Source: a virus
DNA length: 64,000 nt
IMG/VR virus record: IMGVR_UViG_3300032020_001000
Coordinates: 19,862-83,861 of that record
Reading direction: 5' to 3' (one strand)
Part shown: piece by piece, positions 56,001 to 64,000 of the stretch
How the letters are laid out: each line of letters begins with the position of its first letter
Position numbering within the stretch: position 1 is the stretch's first letter
Position numbers and translations under genes: made by a program
The notes under the pieces: model-generated
Told to the model about the DNA's origin: nothing
The model's database searches: none
What the model saw: the letters and a program-made list of their open reading frames with translations, nothing else

Positions 56001-56355
56001 GAAAGAGTGGTGGGAATACATTCCTGACATTCTCCCCTTCCTGCAGCGCGGCGGCTCGGTTCGCAAAGGCCAACCAACAGTTGTCGGTGAGCGGAGGCGG
56101 GAACTCTTCGTCCCCGAAACGGCCGGCTACATCCTGCCGGATGCGCAGGCTGCTTTCCAGCGGTTCGCCGAGATAGCGCTCGCCGGGGCGGGGGCTCTTG
56201 GGGGCAACGTGGGCGGAGGCGTCACCATAGGGCCGGGCGCTGTCGTCATCAACGCCCAGACGCTCGACGAGCGCACCGTGCGCGATGCGGGTGCACTGCT
56301 CGCCGACGAGGTAAACCGGCGACTGGGCTGGACCGACCGGCGGGCAGGAGTCTGA
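53011..56355 (+). CDS. tape measure protein (TP901 family)
   Basis: FEAEMRNV, GLYDIASSG, TAVLNAYG; helical; C-terminal GG.V...VGERRRELFVP. Confidence 0.92.
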   Translation: MTEVGRVEVAIVGNVQGLAASLKTVQGKLLAFGGWVRQREGELRQLGMIAMAAGGAISAAMIIAVRGATEFEAEMRNVNSILKASDTALRDLGKSALNLAGKTGQAPAVLARGLYDIASSGFEGAAALKVLEASAVAATAGISDTATASRAITAVLNAYGLSAEKATWVSDILFKTVERGVITFPELAQQIGDVISTAAQAKIPLEEVGAAIATLTRAGVQPAEAVTSLNQVLLSFIRPSDEAKKLAKALGIELSATALASTGLSGVMADLGQALGTTVTELDAATAAGKSEAEVMEEVARNAGTTTERLAELFPNVRALRGALVLAAGGGRAFAGDVTLMANATGAAAAAFEEQSKAFARVWDKLKASLQALAIEVGDTFLPMLTKSTASLRDHVQALREWREGHVGVSGAITKVIAAIGAFLFGAGGITMLLIWLARAKEAFTALGIAASTAGTIIATIKFGAVAAAVWLLIYAIQQLRKDFDQSAQAARGAEQAYIDAFEAGRLKKPPPKVGKLTLAEESLLPFARVTPKRMRSEAQQRLIEKADRIIAQRKALEEFRPELAPGYKPPPGPPKIPPAPPTRRPPAPGEGKGAAEKPPTREEAAQAWLERVRLEIAAADAIAEQVKWERTLQDTLARIAADEKFSLEFRLRAQGELKDMREEDARRQKEFAEGMTAAFAQMWENAIQTDERRRQTLGELLAQQYEIAATDEMRTKAAAALKGYLADELRLAEAVAARTAEGDQEHSLALLRIYDIKNQIVALTSAEYERTHQIVQNWDAVLAKLGNLRDALIGAQRAVAAEGSLAASMIGARKPQAPTTEVQIKPSAYGLTTEPTAEDVAMRERLLTVQYELAQGTEREARARAELIGHLQGQLAYWERMEGYSRTEGERAEALERQVEIRRRLESMQVREVSLWDRLKATAQAALDSIRQGFEDSLFQIIRYGGNLKDFWQSLWDTFLKLAIHALVQWVIEEWAAAAKVRAARASAGGAGGGGKKEWWEYIPDILPFLQRGGSVRKGQPTVVGERRRELFVPETAGYILPDAQAAFQRFAEIALAGAGALGGNVGGGVTIGPGAVVINAQTLDERTVRDAGALLADEVNRRLGWTDRRAGV

Positions 56356-56415
56356 GGGCGGCTAGCATGACTCTCGGTTCCTATGCTCTACCGATTGATG
56401 GAAAGGAAGATTCCA

Positions 56416-56967
56416 ATGAGAAAGACGATTCACGGTCATGCTGATGTGCGGTGTTTTGACAAGGATGGGAAACTCAAGTGGGAAGAGCTGGGCATCCATA
56501 ATGTCTGGCACGATGAGGGAGAGCAGTACCTCCTCAGCCTGGCCTTTGCCACGGCCTATTCGGGCTATGGGTCACCCACGGTCGCCACGATGTATATCGG
56601 CCTCGACAGCCGAGCCTCGCTGGCTGAGGGCGACACGCTGGCGACGATCAACGGCATTGAGCCGAACGTAGCCTACGGATATGCTCGTCTGGGTTGCGTG
56701 ACCAGCGGTACTGGAGTAGCGGGGCAGGACTTCGTACTTTCGCAGCCAGTGGCTGCTTGGCAGGCGCTGACCAAGGAAGTCACATTCCTGGCGGCGGGCG
56801 GCGCGTGGGCGCAGATGAAGAACTGTTTCCTCTGCACGCACCTGACTGCCGTTACTTCCGCGCAGGGCCAGCGGCTGATAATGTCGTTGGCGCTCTCACA
56901 GCCGCGCACGTTGGCCGATGGCGAGAGCGTCAAAGTGAGCATGTACGTCCAGATCAGCGAGCCCTAG
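56416..56967 (+). CDS. virion structural protein
   Basis: HNVWHDEGE...YIGL...GYAR...RTLADGES; AAGGA RBS. Confidence 0.6.
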   Translation: MRKTIHGHADVRCFDKDGKLKWEELGIHNVWHDEGEQYLLSLAFATAYSGYGSPTVATMYIGLDSRASLAEGDTLATINGIEPNVAYGYARLGCVTSGTGVAGQDFVLSQPVAAWQALTKEVTFLAAGGAWAQMKNCFLCTHLTAVTSAQGQRLIMSLALSQPRTLADGESVKVSMYVQISEP

Positions 56968-56984
56968 TAGTCTGGTAATCGAGC

Positions 56985-58838
56985 ATGGCACTAGCTTACG
57001 GCACATACGGGCAAGTCAAGGCCGCGACCAACCCAGTCACGTTGTCCTTCACCTGCCCCGCCAACACGCGGGTGCTGGTGGTAGGTCTTGCGGTCGGCAG
57101 CGTTACCGCCAGGGGTGGCGGGAACCCCACTTACAATGCCCTGCCGATGACGCAGGCCTATGCGCGCCAACAGGCGGCGACCGAGGTGGCGGCGGAGATG
57201 TGGTATATCATCAACCCGCCCACCGGCGCTGCCTACAACATCAGCGTGCCGAACAGCGGTGTACTCAGCGTCAGGATCATCGCCTCGGCCTACACCAGCA
57301 CGGTTGCGAGCAGTGCGGCCCTCGATGTTGCGAATGGCCAGGTGGGGACGGTTCTCAACCCATCTACCGCCGTTACGACCACCAAAAACGGGGATGCCAT
57401 CGTTGACATTATGGCGAACTCGCTAAACACCGTCGAGACTGGCCGTAACAATACCCTGTTGTATTGCCTTGACGAGGGCACGTGGAACTCCTCGGCGCAG
57501 TATGAACTCCAGGCAGCATATGGAACCACGACCTTCAGCCACACCATCGCTGCGGCGAACTGGGGTCATATCGTTGCTTCGTTCAAGGAAGTGACAATCT
57601 ACGATGAGACTAATCGCAGCCAGGCGCTGCTACTCACACAGGCGCGAACCGACCGCCAGACTTACAGAGAGGCAGCCCGCAGCCAGGTGGTCCTGCTGGC
57701 GCAGGCCCGCAGCGATTGGCAGGCCTACCGCGAGGTCAACCGCAGTCAGGTGGTATTGCTCGCCCAGGCGCGAACTGACCGACAGACTTACCAAGAAGCC
57801 AGTCGTGCGCAGACGCTCCTGCTGCTTCAGGGCCGCACAGACGGGATTATCTATGGCGAACTGAATCGCGCTCAGGTCATGCTCGTCGCGCAAGGGCTCG
57901 CGGATCGCCAAAGCTATGCTGAGGTCGCGCGGGGGCAGGCAATCCTTCTCGGTCAGGTTGTGACCGACAAGCAGGACTACCGAGAGACGGATCGTGGCCA
58001 AGCGCTGATGTTGGCTCACGGCCAGAGCGCGTGGCAGACCTACGCCGAAGTTGGTCGCGCCCAGGCGCTCGCGTTCCTTCAAGGCGAGGCGGATCGCCAG
58101 GCATACAGCGAACTTGCCCGCGGGCAAATCGTCAGACTTACGCAGGGAAGCGCCACCTTCCAAACCTACGCCGAGGTGAATCGGCCGCAGGGTCTCCTCA
58201 TCGTCCAGGGCGCGACCGATGAATATATTCCGCTGGCCGTAGTCTATGACGAGACCGGACTGGCCCAGGCGCTGCTCCTGGTGCAGGCTCGCACGGATAA
58301 GCAGAATTATCGCGAGGTCAATCGCAGCCAGCCATTGGACTTGTCGCACGGTGCCGGCGATTGGCAGTCCTACCACGAGTTGAATCGCGCATCCGTTCTG
58401 ATACTGGTACATGACCGTATGGATCGCCAAGTCTATGTTGACCGAGAGTGCGGTCAATCCCTGTTGCTCGCACACGGGCAGACGGATCGCCAGACGTACA
58501 GTGAACTCTTGCGCGAGCAGGTTGTGGTCCTGGTCCTCGGCGCAACCGATGAATACCTGCCGATAGGGGAATATGACGAGACCGGCCTGGTTCAGATGCT
58601 TTTGCTTCAGCATGGCGGAAGCGATCTCCAGCATTACAGCGAGGTTGACCTGTCGCAGATTCTCATGCTTCTGCATGGGGCTAGCGTTGTCTATCTGCGG
58701 GCCGCAGGCGCGCTTCCTATACTCATCGCCGCAGACCTGTCGCATGGCGCGCTATTCACTGCGGAACTGATCCCGTCCCCCCAACAACTAGACGGCCGGC
58801 TCTCCGAAGGCGCGCCCGAGGACGCCGAATTCGTTTGA
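56985..58838 (+). CDS. structural protein with about 17 copies of a 21-aa repeat
   Basis: Y.E..R.Q.LLL.Q...D.Q. repeats at about 57600-58700. Confidence 0.75.
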   Translation: MALAYGTYGQVKAATNPVTLSFTCPANTRVLVVGLAVGSVTARGGGNPTYNALPMTQAYARQQAATEVAAEMWYIINPPTGAAYNISVPNSGVLSVRIIASAYTSTVASSAALDVANGQVGTVLNPSTAVTTTKNGDAIVDIMANSLNTVETGRNNTLLYCLDEGTWNSSAQYELQAAYGTTTFSHTIAAANWGHIVASFKEVTIYDETNRSQALLLTQARTDRQTYREAARSQVVLLAQARSDWQAYREVNRSQVVLLAQARTDRQTYQEASRAQTLLLLQGRTDGIIYGELNRAQVMLVAQGLADRQSYAEVARGQAILLGQVVTDKQDYRETDRGQALMLAHGQSAWQTYAEVGRAQALAFLQGEADRQAYSELARGQIVRLTQGSATFQTYAEVNRPQGLLIVQGATDEYIPLAVVYDETGLAQALLLVQARTDKQNYREVNRSQPLDLSHGAGDWQSYHELNRASVLILVHDRMDRQVYVDRECGQSLLLAHGQTDRQTYSELLREQVVVLVLGATDEYLPIGEYDETGLVQMLLLQHGGSDLQHYSEVDLSQILMLLHGASVVYLRAAGALPILIAADLSHGALFTAELIPSPQQLDGRLSEGAPEDAEFV

Positions 58839-58865
58839 TAGGATTGATCTCATAGGATTGATCTC
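58838..58865 (+). repeat. 14-bp perfect tandem duplication
   Basis: ATAGGATTGATCTC twice, spanning the intergenic gap. Confidence 0.8.
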
Positions 58866-59174
58866 ATGGCAAACATCCTCTACGTCGGAGATTATGGGTT
58901 TCCGATACCGGGGCCGGCCCGACTGATCCTGGACGATGCGCCATATGACCCCGCCGGCGATTCCGTGACCTTCATCTATCACAAGCCCGACCGTAGCATG
59001 GTCTCGGTTACTCCGGCGATTGAGGGCACGATTGCGAGTTATGCGCCCGAGGAAGGGTTTATAAATCAAGCTGGCCCGTGGAAACTACGCATCGTCGTCA
59101 TCACGCCACCCGATCCTCCGCTGCCAGTCCGACGATGCATGGCTCTAATCCGATTCAGGGTGCTCGCGGGATGA
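58866..59174 (+). CDS. BppU-like baseplate domain protein
   Basis: YVGDYG...KPD...INQAGPWKL. Confidence 0.55.
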   Translation: MANILYVGDYGFPIPGPARLILDDAPYDPAGDSVTFIYHKPDRSMVSVTPAIEGTIASYAPEEGFINQAGPWKLRIVVITPPDPPLPVRRCMALIRFRVLAG

Positions 59175-59198
59175 TTCACCACTGCAAGGAACAGCTAC

Positions 59199-59558
59199 AT
59201 GGCTAACATGGTTCTCGGCTCCTATACCTTTGAGCTCGACCCGGCGCGGGTGACCGGGCTTGATGCGGATTCGCTGCTCAAGTCCAAGGTCACGGCGGCG
59301 CTGGATACGCTCACCGCGCAGGTGCTCTTCCAATGGGCGGGGGTGGCCGCCGGCCAGGAGATCGTGTTGGAGTGGGAACGCATGGACACGGCGATGTGGG
59401 AGGAGCTCCAGGCGATGGCCGAAGCGGTGAATACCTACACCTTTGACCCGCAGATCGGCGGGCCGAACTTCACCGTCGCCGTAATATTCCTGGAGGCGCA
59501 GGGCCGCGACCCCGGCGGCATGTCGCGGGTACGGCTGACGCTGAATGTGAGGGCATGA
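59199..59558 (+). CDS. distal tail-like protein
   Basis: AAGGA RBS; size and position. Confidence 0.5.
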   Translation: MANMVLGSYTFELDPARVTGLDADSLLKSKVTAALDTLTAQVLFQWAGVAAGQEIVLEWERMDTAMWEELQAMAEAVNTYTFDPQIGGPNFTVAVIFLEAQGRDPGGMSRVRLTLNVRA

Positions 59559-61061
59559 GTGCCTCGTAACCTTCCCCAGAACTACCTCGATACGCTGGCG
59601 GCGACCTCGCTGGAGAGGTGGCCGAGCTGCAAGGTGGAGGTCTACTTCGGCGGCGACTGGCAGGACATCAGCGCCTTCGTCGCCGGCGTGTCCGTGACGC
59701 ACACGATGGAGCAGCGCGGCGGGGAGGCGCGGGTGCGCGTTGCCGACCCCAACCTCGACTACCAGCGGTTCCTGGGCGATGTTGACTTCTGGAGCGCGGG
59801 CAGCGCGGACTCGCCGCTGCGCGAGGGGCACCGGATTCGCATCTCCATCACCAACGCGCCAGCATCACTCATCCAGGTCTTCCAGGGCTACATCCGCGAG
59901 ACCTCGGAGACCATCGAGCGCGGCGCGGCGCGCGTCATCGAGCTTGGCTGCGTTGACGCCGGCTGGAAGGCCTACGAGCAGGAGATCACGATGGGAGCGC
60001 GGGTCTATACAGACCCCGCCTACGGCGACGCGGTGACCCGTCAGGTCAACACCATCATCCGCGCAATCCTCAAGCACCCCAACGTGGGCTTCGCCGACGA
60101 GGACATCATCCTCGTAGACGATGGCGCCTACGCCCTGCTGGAGTGGAAGCCGAGCACCTTCACGCCGACGCAGGCCATCGGCAACCTGTTGGACTGCATC
60201 GGCGCGCGGCTGCGCTTCGACCATGCGGGCAAGGCGGTCTCCTGCCTATGGAATCCAGTGGGCGCTCCCGCCTGGACATACGGCAGCCTGAGCGAGCAGA
60301 ACCTCATCGCGTCGTTCGAGATCCGCTCGCGGCCGCCGCGCGAGCTGGCAAACAGGGTGACGGCCATAGGGCGCAAGTGGGGTACCGGCGCGGACGTGAT
60401 CGAGGAGGTATGCATCGGAACCTTCATGTGCCAATATCAGGGATGGGACTACGGGCCGCGAGAGCGCAACCTCTACCTGTTTGCCCCAAAAGACAACCGC
60501 CTACCGGATGACTACATCGAATTGTATACGGACGTGCGTTGCGAACAGGTAGGCGGGCATGTAGAGGATTCCACTGGCGCCTATTACATCGGGGTCTATG
60601 GCGGCATGCCTCCGCCCCGAGCCGGTCTCGTACATATCGGCTGGCAGGGTCAATGTTATTACCCCGAGGACTATGTGGATGTCAGGGCTTGGGGCAAACC
60701 GATACAGCCAACTGCGGGTGCCTTTACCGCGACCAAGACCGTCTCACAGCTCTCCGCGCACGGCTATATCGGCGAGGTCACCGTCGAGAACGACCTGTTC
60801 AAGGACAACGCCGCCTGCGAGGCCGCCGCGACGCGCGCCGCGACGTGGCTCATGAACGAGATGTTCCCTTGCTCGCTGACCGTGCCGTGCAATTTGTGCC
60901 ACGAGCCGGGCGACAAGATTCGGGTGTACCTGCCGAAGGGCAGCACCGCCGACGACTACGTGGACTTCATCCTGGTAACGCACCGCATCGAGTACGAGCG
61001 CGGCAAGCCCAATGTCTCGGTGCTGGAACTGGTGCCCGACTTCGCGCCGACGATAACCTGA
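59559..61061 (+). CDS. tail hub/baseplate protein
   Basis: WQDIS...VFQGYI...LANRVTAIG...EPGDKI. Confidence 0.65.
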   Translation: MPRNLPQNYLDTLAATSLERWPSCKVEVYFGGDWQDISAFVAGVSVTHTMEQRGGEARVRVADPNLDYQRFLGDVDFWSAGSADSPLREGHRIRISITNAPASLIQVFQGYIRETSETIERGAARVIELGCVDAGWKAYEQEITMGARVYTDPAYGDAVTRQVNTIIRAILKHPNVGFADEDIILVDDGAYALLEWKPSTFTPTQAIGNLLDCIGARLRFDHAGKAVSCLWNPVGAPAWTYGSLSEQNLIASFEIRSRPPRELANRVTAIGRKWGTGADVIEEVCIGTFMCQYQGWDYGPRERNLYLFAPKDNRLPDDYIELYTDVRCEQVGGHVEDSTGAYYIGVYGGMPPPRAGLVHIGWQGQCYYPEDYVDVRAWGKPIQPTAGAFTATKTVSQLSAHGYIGEVTVENDLFKDNAACEAAATRAATWLMNEMFPCSLTVPCNLCHEPGDKIRVYLPKGSTADDYVDFILVTHRIEYERGKPNVSVLELVPDFAPTIT

Positions 61062-61062
61062 A

Positions 61063-63726
61063 ATGCTACCTTCCCGCGATGACTTCTGGATAGAGCGTGT
61101 CCGCCGCGAGCGGCAATACCACCGCTCCACCTTCGCGGCCGTCGTGACGCTCATCCACGACGACGGCACGGTGGATGTGCGCATGGTGGCGAGTGGCGGC
61201 GCCGCGTTCTACCGCGTACCAATTTTGGGCCAACTGACGGTGAGCGTTGGCAGCATCGTGACCGTGCAGCGCATCGGCGACTATCGCGGCAACAACTACC
61301 AGGTAACCGGCCATCTGGCCTCTAGCGCGCCGCCAGGCGGTGGATATGACCCCACCATTCCTGCCGCAACAAGCGAGGAGGTCGTCGCGGCGCGGGACTC
61401 CGAGGTATATGGCGCGCACGACACCCTCGACGAGCGCCTCGAGGCCGGAGATGATGCCGGCCTGGGCGACGGCAAGGTGAAGGCGGTGCACCTGGCGCCG
61501 GGAACCTTCCCGCGCGTCCACGACCCGCGCAGCCTGGTGCCGGACGGCGCCTTCGAGGTTGTGCAGGACGCCGCGCTGGCCTGGTGGATGGGATCTTATG
61601 GTCCCGCCACCATCGCCCGCGTCGCTGGCGATGGGACGGCCGGCGGGGCCTGCCTGGAGTTCTCGGCGCGCACGGAGGCCAATACCGCGGCCGGTATCTA
61701 TGTGCGATTCCGGACGCACAGCACCAACGCCGCCCTCGCCCCGCTTGATGAGGGAGGGATATTCGCGGTTGGGATAAGTGCCAAGCGCGTGGGGGCGGCG
61801 GATGGCAACGTCATCGGCCTGGTCATCGAGTGCTACGACCGCGATCTCGCACTCCTGGGCACCCTTACGCCGATAACTTTCGCCCCGCCAACCGACGCGT
61901 GGCTGAGGCAGGCCCCCATATTCATCGGGCCCGATCAGGATTACACCTGGCCAGCCGGCACGCGTTATATCCGCGTGCAAGTGCGTGACACCTCTAGCGG
62001 CATGGGCGCAGTCAACCGCGTGGACATGGTGGTGGTGCGGCGGGGGATACAGATCGCCGACATCGCCGACTTCGAGGGCGGCGGGGGCGACCATGCTGCG
62101 CTGAGCAACCTCGATTTCCCCTCCGCCGGGCACACCGGCAACCTGGGGATCACTAAGGCCGACCCGGAAGTGCGGCTCACCGACACCGGCGATTCCGAAT
62201 ACACGCGCGTCACCCGCGCCGACACCGACGCCCTCGCGGCGCGCTACAACCGCGTCTATAAGCCGGGGGCGGCGGGGTACGCGATAGACCTCGACGGCGC
62301 GCAGGACTACATCACTCTCGGCACGGATGCCGCCTTCAATCTCACCGGCGACCACAGCATCGAGATGTGGGTGAAAACGTCGTCGGCGGCCAGAAGGGGG
62401 CTTTTTCATAGGCTTGAAAACGGCGGGGCATATCCGGGTTATAACTTCGAGTTGGGCGGTTTTGCCGGCGCGGCGGGCCAGTTGGCCTACTACAATGGCA
62501 ACACGGGCTGGAAGTACGGCACTTCTACCAACGTCATCAACAACGGCAGTTGGCACCATATCGTGATCGTGGTTGACGCCGATGTGGGCGGCACGTTCTA
62601 CAAGGATGGAGTGGCCGATGGCGACTGGGCTGACACCACTTCGGGGCCTCCCAGCGCCGGTGCAATCGCTGCTGAAATCGGCAGGTCTTATGCGGGCGGC
62701 AACTTCTTCCTCGGCGCGTTGGACGAAGTGCGCGTTTACAGCAAGGCACTGAGCGCAGGCGAGGTCACGGCGCACTACAACGCTGGCGCGGGGCAGTACG
62801 GTGCGCCAGAAGCGAACCTGGTGGCTGGCTGGCACCTCGACGAGGGCAGCGGCGTCACGGTCGCGGACTACAGCGGCAACGCCCACACGGGGACGCTGAA
62901 GCCGACCGGCAACGAGCCGGGCTTCGTCGCGGGCAAGTTCAATATCCCCGGCGGGGAAACCGAAGTCACCGTCTGGCAGTCGCAGGACGGCGTTGACCCA
63001 AACGAGAAGGGGATTCAGCGTTTCGGTGATCCAGACGGCAGGACGGAGCTTAGGGGCGTGCTCGAAATACAGCAGCGGCTGACGCCTGCGAACCCCGCTA
63101 GCGGCAAGCGGCGGCTGTTTGTGGACAGCGCGGACGGCAAGCTCAGGGTGCTGACCTCCTCCGGCAAGAATATCAGCCTCGAAGAGCGTGCGGGCTTCCG
63201 CGTCATAGACGCCAAGAACCTGCTGCCGGACGGCGCTTTCGAGGTAGACGATGATGCCGACGGCGTGCCCGACTGGTGGACTTGGCCCGCTTCGAGCGGC
63301 GGTACGCGGACACTCATCACAACTGATAGCGTATCCGGCCGGCAGTGCGTGCAGTTCGACCGCACCGTAGCCAGTGTGGGGATTGATATGTACGCACAGG
63401 CGAACCGCGGCCTCGTTGATGGCAGGTACATCCCGATCAACCGGGCGTTCACCTACTCGGTCGCCATCTGGATGAGAGCCGTCTGGGCGCAAGCGCAAAA
63501 TGTAATCCAGGTCTGGGTCTATCAGGCTGACCGCAGCGGCGGGTACCTGACGGCCACTATGGTCATAAACATCACGCCCGATGTCGACTGGGTACAACAG
63601 GTCGCCACCATCGGCCCTGCGGCCTGGCACGCCGACGCCGTGTATGCCTATATCCTGGTGCGGGACGCAAGCACCAGCGTGGCCGCGGTGACCCGCGTAG
63701 ACTGCGTGCGGTTCTGGCTGCCGTGA
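61063..63726 (+). CDS. tail fibre/receptor-binding protein with LamG and two carbohydrate-binding-like domains
   Basis: SIEMWVK, WHHIV, GALDEVRVYSKAL; duplicated L.PDGAFEV...VRD.S...RVD. Confidence 0.75.
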   Translation: MLPSRDDFWIERVRRERQYHRSTFAAVVTLIHDDGTVDVRMVASGGAAFYRVPILGQLTVSVGSIVTVQRIGDYRGNNYQVTGHLASSAPPGGGYDPTIPAATSEEVVAARDSEVYGAHDTLDERLEAGDDAGLGDGKVKAVHLAPGTFPRVHDPRSLVPDGAFEVVQDAALAWWMGSYGPATIARVAGDGTAGGACLEFSARTEANTAAGIYVRFRTHSTNAALAPLDEGGIFAVGISAKRVGAADGNVIGLVIECYDRDLALLGTLTPITFAPPTDAWLRQAPIFIGPDQDYTWPAGTRYIRVQVRDTSSGMGAVNRVDMVVVRRGIQIADIADFEGGGGDHAALSNLDFPSAGHTGNLGITKADPEVRLTDTGDSEYTRVTRADTDALAARYNRVYKPGAAGYAIDLDGAQDYITLGTDAAFNLTGDHSIEMWVKTSSAARRGLFHRLENGGAYPGYNFELGGFAGAAGQLAYYNGNTGWKYGTSTNVINNGSWHHIVIVVDADVGGTFYKDGVADGDWADTTSGPPSAGAIAAEIGRSYAGGNFFLGALDEVRVYSKALSAGEVTAHYNAGAGQYGAPEANLVAGWHLDEGSGVTVADYSGNAHTGTLKPTGNEPGFVAGKFNIPGGETEVTVWQSQDGVDPNEKGIQRFGDPDGRTELRGVLEIQQRLTPANPASGKRRLFVDSADGKLRVLTSSGKNISLEERAGFRVIDAKNLLPDGAFEVDDDADGVPDWWTWPASSGGTRTLITTDSVSGRQCVQFDRTVASVGIDMYAQANRGLVDGRYIPINRAFTYSVAIWMRAVWAQAQNVIQVWVYQADRSGGYLTATMVINITPDVDWVQQVATIGPAAWHADAVYAYILVRDASTSVAAVTRVDCVRFWLP

Positions 63727-63764
63727 GATAGGGAGTAGGAAGTAGGGAGCAGGGAGTAGGGAGG
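63727..63764 (+). repeat. heptamer tandem repeat (AGTAGGG-like, about 5 copies)
   Basis: GATAGGG AGTAGGA AGTAGGG AGCAGGG AGTAGGG AGG, running into the next RBS. Confidence 0.7.
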
Positions 63765-63772
63765 AATCATAC

Positions 63773-64000
63773 ATGGCTCTGACCGAGCAGGAAAAGCAGG
63801 CGCTCTACAGCCGGTTCAGCCGTCTGACCGGCCTTGACATCGCATACATTCTGGTCGAGGCCAACGAGGCGGGGCTGATTGACGATGCCCGTGTGCGCGG
63901 GTTCGCGCAGCGGGTGTGGCGGGCTTTCTGCAATCAGCGCAAGGCGATCATCGCCGCGCAGATAGCGGAGTTGCAAGCGGAGAAGGACACGCTAGAATGA
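63773..64000 (+). CDS. hypothetical protein
   Basis: GGAGG RBS; complete 75-aa ORF. Confidence 0.6.
   Translation: MALTEQEKQALYSRFSRLTGLDIAYILVEANEAGLIDDARVRGFAQRVWRAFCNQRKAIIAAQIAELQAEKDTLE

Noticed and set aside
61066-63774. Long minus-strand ORFs (also 4026-5747, 12809-14215, 54580-56073)
   Set aside because: Shadows of well-supported + strand genes in GC-rich DNA, with no motifs or promoters, unlike the intein antisense ORF.
1-64000. Integrase, endolysin, tRNA, rRNA, cas1/cas2, reverse transcriptase
   Set aside because: None recognised; lifestyle and host cannot be determined from this window.

Overview
GC-rich tailed-phage (siphovirus-like) genome segment, almost entirely on the + strand. 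Order: recombination/replication genes (SbcD, SbcC, initiator, DnaC-like ATPase), a long accessory/early region (radical SAM, ParB, HerA-like ATPase, methyltransferases, many small ORFs), then packaging, head and tail genes (terminase, SPP1-type portal, MuF-like head protein, scaffold, capsid, tail tube, frameshifted chaperone, tape measure, fibre). No integrase, endolysin, tRNA or rRNA was recognised, and the host cannot be assigned. Highlights: (1) a RAMP/Cas7-like gene and a partner gene followed by a non-coding array of four ~70-nt units, each a conserved header plus 9-11 strictly phased NN-GGY pentamers (19324-20807), a candidate non-CRISPR RNA-guided system; (2) a 451-aa TnpB/Cas12f-like nuclease whose stop codon lies inside a 3-repeat CRISPR mini-array, with a possible scaffold RNA in its 3' end; (3) an intein in the MuF-like gene that carries a DUF559/Vsr-like endonuclease on the opposite strand with its own sigma70 promoter while the sense frame stays open; (4) a type II hammerhead ribozyme, a duplicated 102-nt structured element and two matching promoter-leader-terminator cassettes. 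All family calls come from reading motifs by eye; no database search was run.
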